In this document: piece after piece, positions 39,121 to 48,592 of the stretch
How the letters are laid out: each line of letters starts with the position of its first letter
Position numbering within the stretch: position 1 is the first letter of the stretch
Assembly: GCA_026387175.1 (NCBI GenBank)
Contig: JAPLME010000008.1
Coordinates: forward strand, 77,091-141,090
Origin: Candidatus Omnitrophota bacterium
Lineage (GTDB): Bacteria; Omnitrophota; Gorgyraeia; 2-01-FULL-45-10
Length of the DNA stretch: 64,000 bases
Reading direction: 5' to 3'
Program-made: the position numbers and the translations under genes
The notes under the pieces: model-generated
Seen by the model: the letters and a program-made list of their open reading frames with translations, nothing else
Databases searched by the model: none
Told to the model about the DNA's origin: nothing

Positions 39121-42100
39121 ATGATTATCCATTCTGTCAATAAACAGACCATATTAAATAAGATAATATCCCTCATAATGGTAGGGATATTTTGCTTTGC
39201 CAATGTCACCAGTTGGGCTGACCAGGCTTCTGACTCGACACTGGCACCCGCTTTATCTACCCAGCGACCGGAATTCCGTCAACGATTCTCCACAGCCGGA
39301 GCGCTTTTATCAGAAAATGCAGCTAACGCATACATTAGAAATCAGATAAAGAAGTTGAATATTAAGCCGGAGCTATATAAATATGAGTTTGAGACAAAAG
39401 AAGAAGTTTTGCTTGTGGTGATACCCGAGTTATTAGTAAACACCGGACAGTTTGCTCATATCGGCCTGGGCAGGTATTATGGAGAACCCGTCATATACAT
39501 CGACAGTGAAGTTAATAATTATGAAGAGGACCGTAATGTTGTCCTGAAACACGAAATAGAAACTATACGAGAATTCGAAAAGATAAGAAGAATGATATCT
39601 CAGGCTACTGATTCAGAGATAAGGGCCAACGAAATGAAGGATGAGATCATTAAGTATCTTGATTTGCCGGATCCCAGGTTGGCAAATACAGAATATGAGG
39701 GCCGAACTTATCGCGAGATAGAAAGAGAGGTTCACGCTAAAGCAGAACCACTTGATAAAGTATGTGAAAAATATTCCCATAAGGTAAATATCAATACTGA
39801 AGATATAGCGGGCCTATTGTCGTTATACGGAGAGGATCCCGCCGATATATATTATGATCCGAAAACCAGCGGATCCCTAAACATAGCTGCCGGGCCCAGG
39901 GCAGTAGCCGAAGATAAGAATTTCTCAGTTCAGGATACAAATACTAAGGGGGGCTTGGGCGCTTACACCGGAGACAAGTATGAGGGCCTCTCCGCTATGA
40001 ATGATAAAGGGAAAGAACCCGATGGCAGGAGTTGGATCATGGATAATGCGCCTGACTTGAGGGGAAAATTTCTCGTGACGCTTTCGATGGAGGGGAATAT
40101 TCCTGAGGCCGGAGATGACGATGAAGCTGTAATTCCGGAATATGATAATCCGGACGTGGAAGGTTTTCTGGCAATGGGGATACAGCCCGGGTATTCTCAC
40201 GTTCTGCATGATGGTAAAAAGATAAAGACCGATTACAGGCATCTGGTCAGGGCAGGAGTGTTGGAGCCGGTATTTGTAGGTAAAAATTCCATAAAGGTCC
40301 GGGCCTGGGAAGAGGATCCTAATGCTTTAACCTTGGATGAGGCAGATAATGATCCTAATAATCCGCTTATAAAAGTGGATGTATATAAGATTAATAGAGG
40401 CGGTACATGGTGCTATCTTCTCATGTCCGAGGTCTTCGATATACTGTACCCGGATCAAAGCTTATACGAAGGTAGCGGAGACGAGAAGATGATGAGGGGC
40501 AAGAGGCACAGATTTACGCAAGAGGTCGTCTTCGGTAAAGCCGCATTTGAGATAATAAAGAAACTTGACCGAAGACCCGATATACTTCATCTGAATGAAG
40601 CTCATACGGTTGTTGCCGCCGCGCTGATGCGTGCCGATAAGTCCTATGATAATACGGCGATAGTATATACTAACCATACTCTGGTCCCCGCCGGCCTGGA
40701 GAGATTCTCTACAGGAGTGATGAATACGGATGTAGACAGGATGACATATGTGCTCGGCTTTCCCGACGACAAAAGGGAGAAGAAAAAATTTGAAAAGTTC
40801 AGGTCCATGTTTGTCAAGACCGACAGACAAGGGCATGTCTACGTAGATTTTTGCCATGCGGCATTCCAGCTCGCCGATGTCATTAATGCCGTCAGTAATG
40901 AACATGCCAAGGCGACAGTAAAACTGTTCAAGATGATGTATGGCGACGAATTCAATAAACCCGTTATAGGGATATTGAACGGCTCCGGCGTGAGTTGGAA
41001 GTCAAAGGCTCTCAGCGAGTGGGAAGCGAAAGCCCCTCCTATTGCCGAAGCAGAAGATATATGGATGGATAAACTATGGGATATCCATGAAGAGAACAAG
41101 GCAGAAGCATTTGAAGAGATCAAGAATAGGACAGGTATATCGTTCGATCCCGAAAAACTGACGTTTTGGGCTGTCCGGCGGCTGGTAGATTATAAGAGCC
41201 AGTATCCGATGCTGAAATTCCTGGTCCATCTTATGACAGCGGACAGGAATGTTAGTTTCACTCGCGATGAACTGAGGGATACGTGGTTTCGGGACATAAG
41301 CGATCTGGAAGAGAATTACAGGAATAATGATTTTAACACAAAAACCATTGTTGATACTACCCTGGACAAGATATTTAATTACGGCGCGCGAAAAACGGTC
41401 AATGGATTGGGTGCGCAGGTTGTTGTAGGATGGCCGCCTCCCGCATACGAAGAGTTCTGGGCAAGTGAGTTCAAGAGATGGGAGAGCTTGCCGGACCTCG
41501 CTGGCCGATTTGCGGCAGTTGTCTCGGACTCGAAGTTTCTGAAGATGCAAGGGACATCGTCCGATGTCACCATAACGTCTCCCCGTCCGCTTGAAGAAGC
41601 CGCTGGCACTTCAGATCAGCGGACAGCCCTGAACGCAGGAGTCAATATATCGATAAAGGGTGCCGGGCCGGTAGAATGGATGGAGGACTATGACGAAGTA
41701 ACCGAAAAAGGGAGCGGTTTCTTCATAGGCGCATATGTTAACGAAACAGGCGATGGGTTATCGGCGGATTCTAGGAAATTCTATCATGAAGCGCCCGCTG
41801 ATATATTTGAAAAATCCGAAATAGCGTCCAGGCTGTTTTATGAAGATGGTAAAAAGAGATGGCGCCGCTTAATGTTAAATTCCTACAAGCGTGCCAATAA
41901 AATCGTTACCGCGCGTGCTATGGAGGAGAGATATGCGCTGGATGCGTATGTGCCCGCGATCATGGCAAGGCAGAATACCAGGATAATATCAGAAGTGGCT
42001 TTGAAGAACTACCGCGATGAAGAGCATAATCTATCCGGTCTCAAGGCCTTGCAAAAAGACCTGCCATTTATGACGGCGGCCGGTGTCAAATATGTGTATT

Positions 42101-44739
42101 TACTGGGCCTTATGAAGAATAACGGTCACCCATTTGAAATATTGGATCCTAAGAATATCGATAATCGGGTGGGATCAGTTGCCGACCTGAAAGAGTTCAT
42201 AGATATGGCGCACCAACCCCGTCATGGCATAAATGTTATTATGGACTGGATCGCCAATCAACACGTAGCTAAAGACAGTGACATTTGCCGGGAGCATCCC
42301 GAGAGATTCTTATATACGAATGTCAGTGATGGCAATTATGGTTTGGATAGGGAAGTAAGGCCCTATCGAGGAAGCTCTATGCCTAAGGATGAGTTACTCA
42401 GGCGCATAGAAGTCGGAAGGAAGCTGAATGAAATAATATCAAGTATGACACCGGATGAACTGGCGGAAGAGGGGTCGATCGAGATCGACGGTCGCACTAT
42501 ATATTATAAATTGGGGGATGAGGATATAAGAGAGAAGGTAGCCGGCGCGAAGACGCCCTACAGGCCTGTCATAGTTTCCGGAGGAGATGCGCTTTTCCTA
42601 GTCTCCGCGACCGACCTGGTATCGTTAAAAGATAAGTTTCCGCGCAGGTGGAGTGCGCTGGCACAGCCGGACCTTTCCAATTCCGATGTGATACGGGAGG
42701 CGATCGAGATAGGCCGCTATTGGCTGAAGATGGGAGTGGACGGTTTTAGGATCGACGCGGCTATGGCTACATTTGCCGATAGAATAAAAAAGAATTGGGG
42801 AATAGATGTCCCGGTAAACCTTATAGCTACTTTCGTAGCCGAGATGCGTAAAATAAAACCCGATTGTTACTTAATGATGGGGGATCTTGAGAGGCAGCGG
42901 GAACTTCTTGAGCTCGCTGATAACAAGGATTGTTCGGCCTATTCAGATGAATGCAAAGGTTGTATGACAGATGCGCTTACGTCTTATGATAAGACGGCCG
43001 CGCTTCTTGCTTACTTGCGGAGTTTGGAAAGCGTGCCACGCGAGGTTCGAGAGAACATGATATATCTTGGCCCGGAGCATGATGCGTTTACTTTTGGAGA
43101 CGCATGGTCCAACCTGAGCTACCAAGACAGTAATATTATCCATTTTCTCTGCACCTTTCTACCTGGCTACCAACTGATCTTAAACGGCGAGATCTACGGT
43201 TCCCGGAATTATCATAACGGTGAAGCGCTTAAAGAACCCCATATTTTGCGCCCGGAAGAAGCGGATCCCGTAACGAGAGAGGTCAGGAAAAAGATATTTT
43301 CTCTGCCCAGACAGTATAGGCAATTATTGGATGGAGAATATCACTATTTGGAGACCGATGCCCCCTGGCATGCTCTGGGCATAGCGCGTTTTGACAATGA
43401 TACGATCGTTATAGGAGCGTTCAACACTACCGCAAATGACGGGTGGGCTACATTTGACATGAAGAGGGTCATCAATATACAGGTTAATCCTCTGGAGATA
43501 GATAAGGTGGAATACATTAAGGAGGGAATGCAGCTTAAAGGGGACGGAAAGACGTGGGTAACCGTAAGTTCGAAAAAGATTAAGGCGTCAGACTTGTTCA
43601 ATGATGGTTTTGGCGTGAATGTGGGACCTAAGGGATGCGAGGTGATACGACTCAAAAAACTGCCAATTAATGCAAGCGTAGGAGCGGTTTCGAAAGAGCC
43701 AGTTAAGCCTGAGAGGAAAGGGTCACTCTCAAAGGGGCTGAGATCTTTAGGGGGGGCGGATGCAGAGAGCCGTATATTCAGGGAGAATGCCGTTACCGCC
43801 AGGACATTCGCGGAAATGAGAGGCTACTCCTTGACCACTGTGCGTTCAGAATTGAATGATCTGATCACACTGGGCATTGCCAGCGTAGAGAAGAAGGGCA
43901 ATGCTAACCTATATTATCTGTCGGATCGGCTTGCAATGGCTCCTCCAGGGGCAGCAAATAAGGCGATTAGTAAAATTATAGATCTTTTAGAGACCGGCCT
44001 CCACATTAAAGACCCCGCCCGTATACCTGAAAAGAAAATGCCGCTAGTTAAGGCACGGGTAAATAAGATATTGGACTCCTTACCTGCGATAGCCGGAACC
44101 AATAGCCTGGGTTCTCAAATGGCCCAGGTTAAGGATCTTCCTGTGAGTGCGCCAAGTCCCGTTGTCAAAAAGTCCATCGAAGAAGATGTTGGGAGAGTTC
44201 TCTCGCTATTTTCGGAACTTGCCAAAAAATTTAATGAAGGCATGACTTACGAAATACGATATGACGAAAATAGGCTTTCAGGGTGCCCTCATAGCGAAGA
44301 GATACTGGACGCCTATAAACGATTGATCGAGAGACGAATGGGACGCGAAAATAAAGTAAAGTTGATTCCGTCGTTGGGCATGGAGGCGCTAATATCCGTT
44401 AAATGCTATAAAGATGAAAAATTGGCCGGAGAAGGTGCTGTCGATATTAATCATGATGTCGACCTTGCCATGCATCCTGTGCGTATCGTATCTCTACTGA
44501 ATATGGCGTTTGCGGAAGCGCATATAAGGGGAGGCATTACTTACGACCAGATGGACTACTGGGAAAAAGGCCTCATTGCTTTAATTAAATCTGAATGCAA
44601 AGCTGTTACAGGTATGGATATATCCGAAGATACGGTGCGTGAATTTATCAAAAACCTGCCGAGAGTAGAGGCCCTTCCAATTGATAGCATAGAAGAATAT
44701 AACCGCCTTACGGTGCTTAAGCTGCAGCAGTCCGCTTAA
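39121..44739 (+). CDS. Large multidomain protein: export-like leader, glucan phosphorylase-like GT-B domain, GH13 amylase-like domain, wHTH and unknown C-terminal domain
   Basis: KIISLIMVGIFCFANVTSWA; GGLGAYTGD, HLNEAH, NHTLVPAG, RRLVDYK, EAAGTS; MDWIANQH, GVDGFRIDAA, EHD; TARTFAEMRGYSLTTVRSELNDL. Confidence 0.8.
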   Translation: MIIHSVNKQTILNKIISLIMVGIFCFANVTSWADQASDSTLAPALSTQRPEFRQRFSTAGALLSENAANAYIRNQIKKLNIKPELYKYEFETKEEVLLVVIPELLVNTGQFAHIGLGRYYGEPVIYIDSEVNNYEEDRNVVLKHEIETIREFEKIRRMISQATDSEIRANEMKDEIIKYLDLPDPRLANTEYEGRTYREIEREVHAKAEPLDKVCEKYSHKVNINTEDIAGLLSLYGEDPADIYYDPKTSGSLNIAAGPRAVAEDKNFSVQDTNTKGGLGAYTGDKYEGLSAMNDKGKEPDGRSWIMDNAPDLRGKFLVTLSMEGNIPEAGDDDEAVIPEYDNPDVEGFLAMGIQPGYSHVLHDGKKIKTDYRHLVRAGVLEPVFVGKNSIKVRAWEEDPNALTLDEADNDPNNPLIKVDVYKINRGGTWCYLLMSEVFDILYPDQSLYEGSGDEKMMRGKRHRFTQEVVFGKAAFEIIKKLDRRPDILHLNEAHTVVAAALMRADKSYDNTAIVYTNHTLVPAGLERFSTGVMNTDVDRMTYVLGFPDDKREKKKFEKFRSMFVKTDRQGHVYVDFCHAAFQLADVINAVSNEHAKATVKLFKMMYGDEFNKPVIGILNGSGVSWKSKALSEWEAKAPPIAEAEDIWMDKLWDIHEENKAEAFEEIKNRTGISFDPEKLTFWAVRRLVDYKSQYPMLKFLVHLMTADRNVSFTRDELRDTWFRDISDLEENYRNNDFNTKTIVDTTLDKIFNYGARKTVNGLGAQVVVGWPPPAYEEFWASEFKRWESLPDLAGRFAAVVSDSKFLKMQGTSSDVTITSPRPLEEAAGTSDQRTALNAGVNISIKGAGPVEWMEDYDEVTEKGSGFFIGAYVNETGDGLSADSRKFYHEAPADIFEKSEIASRLFYEDGKKRWRRLMLNSYKRANKIVTARAMEERYALDAYVPAIMARQNTRIISEVALKNYRDEEHNLSGLKALQKDLPFMTAAGVKYVYLLGLMKNNGHPFEILDPKNIDNRVGSVADLKEFIDMAHQPRHGINVIMDWIANQHVAKDSDICREHPERFLYTNVSDGNYGLDREVRPYRGSSMPKDELLRRIEVGRKLNEIISSMTPDELAEEGSIEIDGRTIYYKLGDEDIREKVAGAKTPYRPVIVSGGDALFLVSATDLVSLKDKFPRRWSALAQPDLSNSDVIREAIEIGRYWLKMGVDGFRIDAAMATFADRIKKNWGIDVPVNLIATFVAEMRKIKPDCYLMMGDLERQRELLELADNKDCSAYSDECKGCMTDALTSYDKTAALLAYLRSLESVPREVRENMIYLGPEHDAFTFGDAWSNLSYQDSNIIHFLCTFLPGYQLILNGEIYGSRNYHNGEALKEPHILRPEEADPVTREVRKKIFSLPRQYRQLLDGEYHYLETDAPWHALGIARFDNDTIVIGAFNTTANDGWATFDMKRVINIQVNPLEIDKVEYIKEGMQLKGDGKTWVTVSSKKIKASDLFNDGFGVNVGPKGCEVIRLKKLPINASVGAVSKEPVKPERKGSLSKGLRSLGGADAESRIFRENAVTARTFAEMRGYSLTTVRSELNDLITLGIASVEKKGNANLYYLSDRLAMAPPGAANKAISKIIDLLETGLHIKDPARIPEKKMPLVKARVNKILDSLPAIAGTNSLGSQMAQVKDLPVSAPSPVVKKSIEEDVGRVLSLFSELAKKFNEGMTYEIRYDENRLSGCPHSEEILDAYKRLIERRMGRENKVKLIPSLGMEALISVKCYKDEKLAGEGAVDINHDVDLAMHPVRIVSLLNMAFAEAHIRGGITYDQMDYWEKGLIALIKSECKAVTGMDISEDTVREFIKNLPRVEALPIDSIEEYNRLTVLKLQQSA

Positions 44740-44776
44740 CGTATATCCCTGATATATAGACTAATAAATTTTTTTC

Positions 44777-44806
44777 TTGACATAATGATACTAAAATGGT
44801 ATCATT
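44777..44806 (+). promoter_or_regulatory. Promoter plus palindromic operator (probable Rrf2 autoregulatory site)
   Basis: TTGACA-17 nt-TATCAT overlapped by AATGATAC-N7-GTATCATT; ATG 6 nt after the -10. Confidence 0.75.
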
Positions 44807-44811
44807 CTGCC

Positions 44812-45219
44812 ATGAAACTTTTAACAAGAAATGCCGACTATGCTGTGCGCGCGATATGCTGTATGGCATCGAAGCCCGGAAGAGCGGTTACCGTTACGGA
44901 ATTAACAGACGAACTGAAGATGCCCCGGCCGTTCTTAAGGAAGATACTGCAGAGATTAAATAAAGTAGGAATGGTTAGGTCGGCCAGGGGCAAGGATGGC
45001 GGTTTCAGGCTTGCGAAGGATCCTTATAAGATAACCCTCGCTGATTTTATAGAGACGTTTCAGGGGCCGTTCCGCATTAACGAGTGTGTATTTAAGAAGA
45101 AGGTGTGCCCAAATACAAAGATATGCTCTCTAAAGCGCAAGATAGACGAAATTGAAGATTATGTTGAAGCTAAATTAAGGTCGGTATCGATAGGCTCCAT
45201 CTTAAATAAGGAAGCGTAG
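44812..45219 (+). CDS. Rrf2 family transcriptional regulator with three C-terminal Cys
   Basis: DYAVRA, FLRKILQRL, SARGKDGGFRLA, C-x6-C-x5-C. Confidence 0.92.
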   Translation: MKLLTRNADYAVRAICCMASKPGRAVTVTELTDELKMPRPFLRKILQRLNKVGMVRSARGKDGGFRLAKDPYKITLADFIETFQGPFRINECVFKKKVCPNTKICSLKRKIDEIEDYVEAKLRSVSIGSILNKEA

Positions 45220-45223
45220 GATA

Positions 45224-45880
45224 ATGGCAAAGAGGAAGATAATAAAGATAGATGAGGCTAAATGCAATGGCTGCGGGAAGTGCATACTGAATTGCCATGA
45301 AGGGGCGATACAGATCATAGATAAGAAGGCGCGCCTTATCGGCGACTTATTCTGCGATGGGCTTGGCGCCTGCATCGGCCATTGTCCACAGGGCGCTATT
45401 ACTATAGAGGAAAGAGAGGCCGCGCCGTATGATGAGAAGAAGGCTATGGCAAATATTGTTAAGCACGGGTTTTCCGGATGTCCCGGATCGAGAGTTATCG
45501 ATATGAATAAGGCGGCTGAACTCAAGACGTGGCCCGTCCAGATCATGCTTGTTCCGGTCAATGCGCCGTATTTTAACGGGGCAGACCTGTTGATAGCCGC
45601 GGACTGCGTGCCGTTCGCATACGCCGATTTCCACCAGGATATATTAAAAGGCAAGGTGCTTCTCGTGGGGTGCCCGAAGCTGGATGACCTTGCGGTATAT
45701 AAGGAGAAAATCTCCGCTATAGTAAATAATAACGATGTTAAGTCCATAACATATGCCCACATGGAAGTACCTTGTTGTTACGGTCTCATCAATGTAATAA
45801 AAGAAGCGATCGAGAAATCGAAGAAGGCAATTCCTTTTAAGGATATAACCATTACGATAAGAGGCGAGAAGAGAGAATGA
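45224..45880 (+). CDS. 4Fe-4S protein of the hcp-associated type
   Basis: CNGCGKCILNC, CDGLGACIGHC, CPGS, WPVQI, GCPKLD, MEVPCC. Confidence 0.85.
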   Translation: MAKRKIIKIDEAKCNGCGKCILNCHEGAIQIIDKKARLIGDLFCDGLGACIGHCPQGAITIEEREAAPYDEKKAMANIVKHGFSGCPGSRVIDMNKAAELKTWPVQIMLVPVNAPYFNGADLLIAADCVPFAYADFHQDILKGKVLLVGCPKLDDLAVYKEKISAIVNNNDVKSITYAHMEVPCCYGLINVIKEAIEKSKKAIPFKDITITIRGEKRE

Positions 45881-46128
45881 TATTCAATTGTCCGGGTTCA
45901 AGTAGATTCAAACAGCCGAAGGCTGAGATCGTGAAATGCCCGTTTTGCGAAGGAGATGTGGAGATATGGGACGATGAGGCCGGCGCTTCATGCCCGAAGT
46001 GTAAGAGAACCGTTTCCCGCAGCGGCGTGCAATGCTGTATAGACTGGTGCAGGCATGCCCGGGAGTGCGTGGGCGTAGAAACTTATAAAAAGTATATGGA
46101 GAATAAAAAAGGAAAAGGAGGCGTATGA
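45877..46128 (+). CDS. Small Cys-rich Zn-ribbon-like protein
   Basis: CPGS, CPFC, CPKC, CCIDWCRHAREC; translationally coupled on both sides. Confidence 0.75.
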   Translation: MIFNCPGSSRFKQPKAEIVKCPFCEGDVEIWDDEAGASCPKCKRTVSRSGVQCCIDWCRHARECVGVETYKKYMENKKGKGGV

Positions 46129-47435
46129 TGTTTTGTTACCAGTGCGAACAGACAGCGGGAGGAACAGGCTGCACAAAAATGGGAGTATGCGGAAAGAATG
46201 AAGATGTTCAGAGCCTGCAGGATATATTGTTGTACGGCCTTAAAGGCATAGCGGCTTACGCTTATCATGCCAGAGAGCTTGGAGCAAAGAATGACGAGGT
46301 CGACGCGTTCATGCATGAGGCGCTCTTCAAGACCGTTACGAATGTGAGTTTCGACCTTGGCCAGCATCTCGATATGGTGCTTAAGTGCGGAATGATGAAT
46401 CTGAGAGTGATGGAGCTCCTGGACAGGGCCCACACGCAGAAGTTCGGAAATCCCGTTCCGACAGAGGTCGAGACCGGAACCAGAAAAGGGCCGGGCATAC
46501 TCGTCACAGGCCACGATCTCCTGGATTTATATGAGCTTTTAAAACAGACTGAAGGAACTGGCGTTGATGTATACACTCATTCCGAGATGCTTCCAGCCCA
46601 CGCATATCCGGTGCTTAAAAAATTCAAACACCTTGTAGGAAATTATGGCGGAGCATGGCAGGAGCAGAAGAAGGAGTTTAAAGAGTTCTCCGGGGTGCTC
46701 CTGGCCACTACGAATTGCGTCCTTATCCCGCCGGATAACACATATCTTGACAGACTTTTCACTATAGGCATTACGGGAATTCCCGGAGCGAAACATCTGA
46801 AGACGAGGGACTTCTCGGAGGTCATCCGGAAAGCAAAGTCGCTTCCACCTTTACCGGAAGCGTCGGGTAAGAAGATCATGACAGGGTTCCATCATACCGC
46901 CATACTTGGCATGGCGGACAAGATAGTCGCGGCTGTCAAAGCGGGGAAGATAAAGCGTTTCTTCCTCATAGGCGGATGCGACGGCTCAAAGCCCGGGCGC
47001 AACTATTATACGGAGTTTGCCGAGAAGGTGCCCAAGGATTGTGTGATACTGACGCTCGCGTGCGGCAAATACAGGTTTAACAAGCTGGACTTCGGGAGCA
47101 TCGACGGTATTCCGCGCCTGATCGATGTAGGCCAGTGCAACAATGCTTATTCGGCGATACAGGTTGCGCTCGCGCTTTCAAAAGCGTTTAACTGCGGCGT
47201 GAACGACCTGCCGCTATCGATGGTGCTGTCATGGTTCGAGCAGAAAGCGGTTGCGATACTTCTGACGCTATTGGCGTTGAACGTTAAGGGCATACGCGTT
47301 GGCCCTACGCCTCCGGCATTCATTACGCCAAATGTCTTTAAGGTGCTTCAGGATAAGTTCGATCTTAAATTGATAACCACCGCCGAAAAGGACCTGGACG
47401 ATATATTGAAAAGAAGCGCTGATATAATAATCTGA
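46125..47435 (+). CDS. hcp: Hybrid cluster protein (short form)
   Basis: MFCYQCEQT...GCT...GVCGK, YTHSEMLPAH, TNC, GGCDG, GQCN, SWFEQKA. Confidence 0.95.
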   Translation: MMFCYQCEQTAGGTGCTKMGVCGKNEDVQSLQDILLYGLKGIAAYAYHARELGAKNDEVDAFMHEALFKTVTNVSFDLGQHLDMVLKCGMMNLRVMELLDRAHTQKFGNPVPTEVETGTRKGPGILVTGHDLLDLYELLKQTEGTGVDVYTHSEMLPAHAYPVLKKFKHLVGNYGGAWQEQKKEFKEFSGVLLATTNCVLIPPDNTYLDRLFTIGITGIPGAKHLKTRDFSEVIRKAKSLPPLPEASGKKIMTGFHHTAILGMADKIVAAVKAGKIKRFFLIGGCDGSKPGRNYYTEFAEKVPKDCVILTLACGKYRFNKLDFGSIDGIPRLIDVGQCNNAYSAIQVALALSKAFNCGVNDLPLSMVLSWFEQKAVAILLTLLALNVKGIRVGPTPPAFITPNVFKVLQDKFDLKLITTAEKDLDDILKRSADIII

Positions 47436-47449
47436 AAGAGAGGATGCAT

Positions 47450-48298
47450 ATGGCACGAACCGTGATGTTCCAGGGTAACGCGCTCACTCTTGTGGGCAGG
47501 ATAGCGAAGGTCGGAATGCGGGCCTCTGATTTCAAAGTCGTTTCACAGGAGATGAGAGATGTTAGCCTGTCCGATTTTAAGGGCAGGATAAAGGTGATAT
47601 CCTCATTTCCTTCGCTCGATACTCCTGTCTGCGATCTGCAGGTGAAGGAATTCAACAAGAGGGCTTCGGCGTTTTCTCAGGATGTAGTCGTTATAGGCAT
47701 ATCTAAGGACCTGCCTTTCGCGCAGAAGAGGTTCTGCAGCGAACATAATATAAATAACGAGCCGGTCCTATCCGATTACAAGACGTCCTCCTTCGGTATA
47801 AATTATGGGATGCTTATAAAAGAGCTGAATCTGCTGGCGCGTTCTGTGAGAATTATAGATAAGAACGACATCGTCCGCTATATCCAGTTAGCACCCGAGA
47901 TCACCAAGCCTTTAAATTATGATGACGCTGTCACGGCGCTTGATGAGGTCATGAAGAACCCGGCATCTGCCGTAAAGGAGGAACTGCCGTCTAAGTGTAA
48001 GCCGTGCGAGGGCATAGCGGCGCCTATTCCGAAAGCTGAAATCGAGAAGCTGGCTGCCCGGAACCCTTCCTGGGAGGTAATAGAAGGTAAGAAGATAGTG
48101 AAAGAATTCAAATTCAAAGATTTCCCGGAAGCTAAATATTTTCTTGATACCATTTCAGTGATTGCGGAAGAACAGGGCCACCATCCTACGCTTACTTTGA
48201 TGTATAATAAGCTTAAAATTACGCTCACGACTCGAGCCGCGGGAGGACTCACAGAAAATGATTTTATAATGGCCGGTATTATAGACGGCATGCTTTGA
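47450..48298 (+). CDS. tpx: Fusion of thiol peroxidase and a pterin-4a-carbinolamine dehydratase-like domain
   Basis: PSLDTPVC and DLPFAQKRFC; C-terminal CKPCEG, EQGHHP, GGLTENDF. Confidence 0.87.
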   Translation: MARTVMFQGNALTLVGRIAKVGMRASDFKVVSQEMRDVSLSDFKGRIKVISSFPSLDTPVCDLQVKEFNKRASAFSQDVVVIGISKDLPFAQKRFCSEHNINNEPVLSDYKTSSFGINYGMLIKELNLLARSVRIIDKNDIVRYIQLAPEITKPLNYDDAVTALDEVMKNPASAVKEELPSKCKPCEGIAAPIPKAEIEKLAARNPSWEVIEGKKIVKEFKFKDFPEAKYFLDTISVIAEEQGHHPTLTLMYNKLKITLTTRAAGGLTENDFIMAGIIDGML

Positions 48299-48388
48299 TC
48301 CGTGTAAATTGTCGAAAAATCCTGAAAAATCTGATATAATGATGCCGTTGCAAAAGTCTAAAATCTTAAGGAAGGAGGGATCGATAAG

Positions 48389-48574
48389 ATGAAAGTAAAG
48401 ATAGACGCTGATACCTGCATAGGTTGCGGCCTTTGCGTCAGCACATGCCCGGAAGTTTATAAGATGGAAGATGATAAGGCGGTAGTATACGTATCTGTTA
48501 TCCCGAAGGATGTCGAAGATACCTGTAAAAAAGCTGCCGATGATTGCCCCGTAACGGCAATATTGGTGTCATAA
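48389..48574 (+). CDS. Single-cluster ferredoxin
   Basis: CIGCGLC...CP and CPVTAI; strong SD GGAGG; TG-TATAAT upstream at 48335. Confidence 0.92.
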   Translation: MKVKIDADTCIGCGLCVSTCPEVYKMEDDKAVVYVSVIPKDVEDTCKKAADDCPVTAILVS

Positions 48575-48592
48575 AGGATATAGAGGCGCTTG

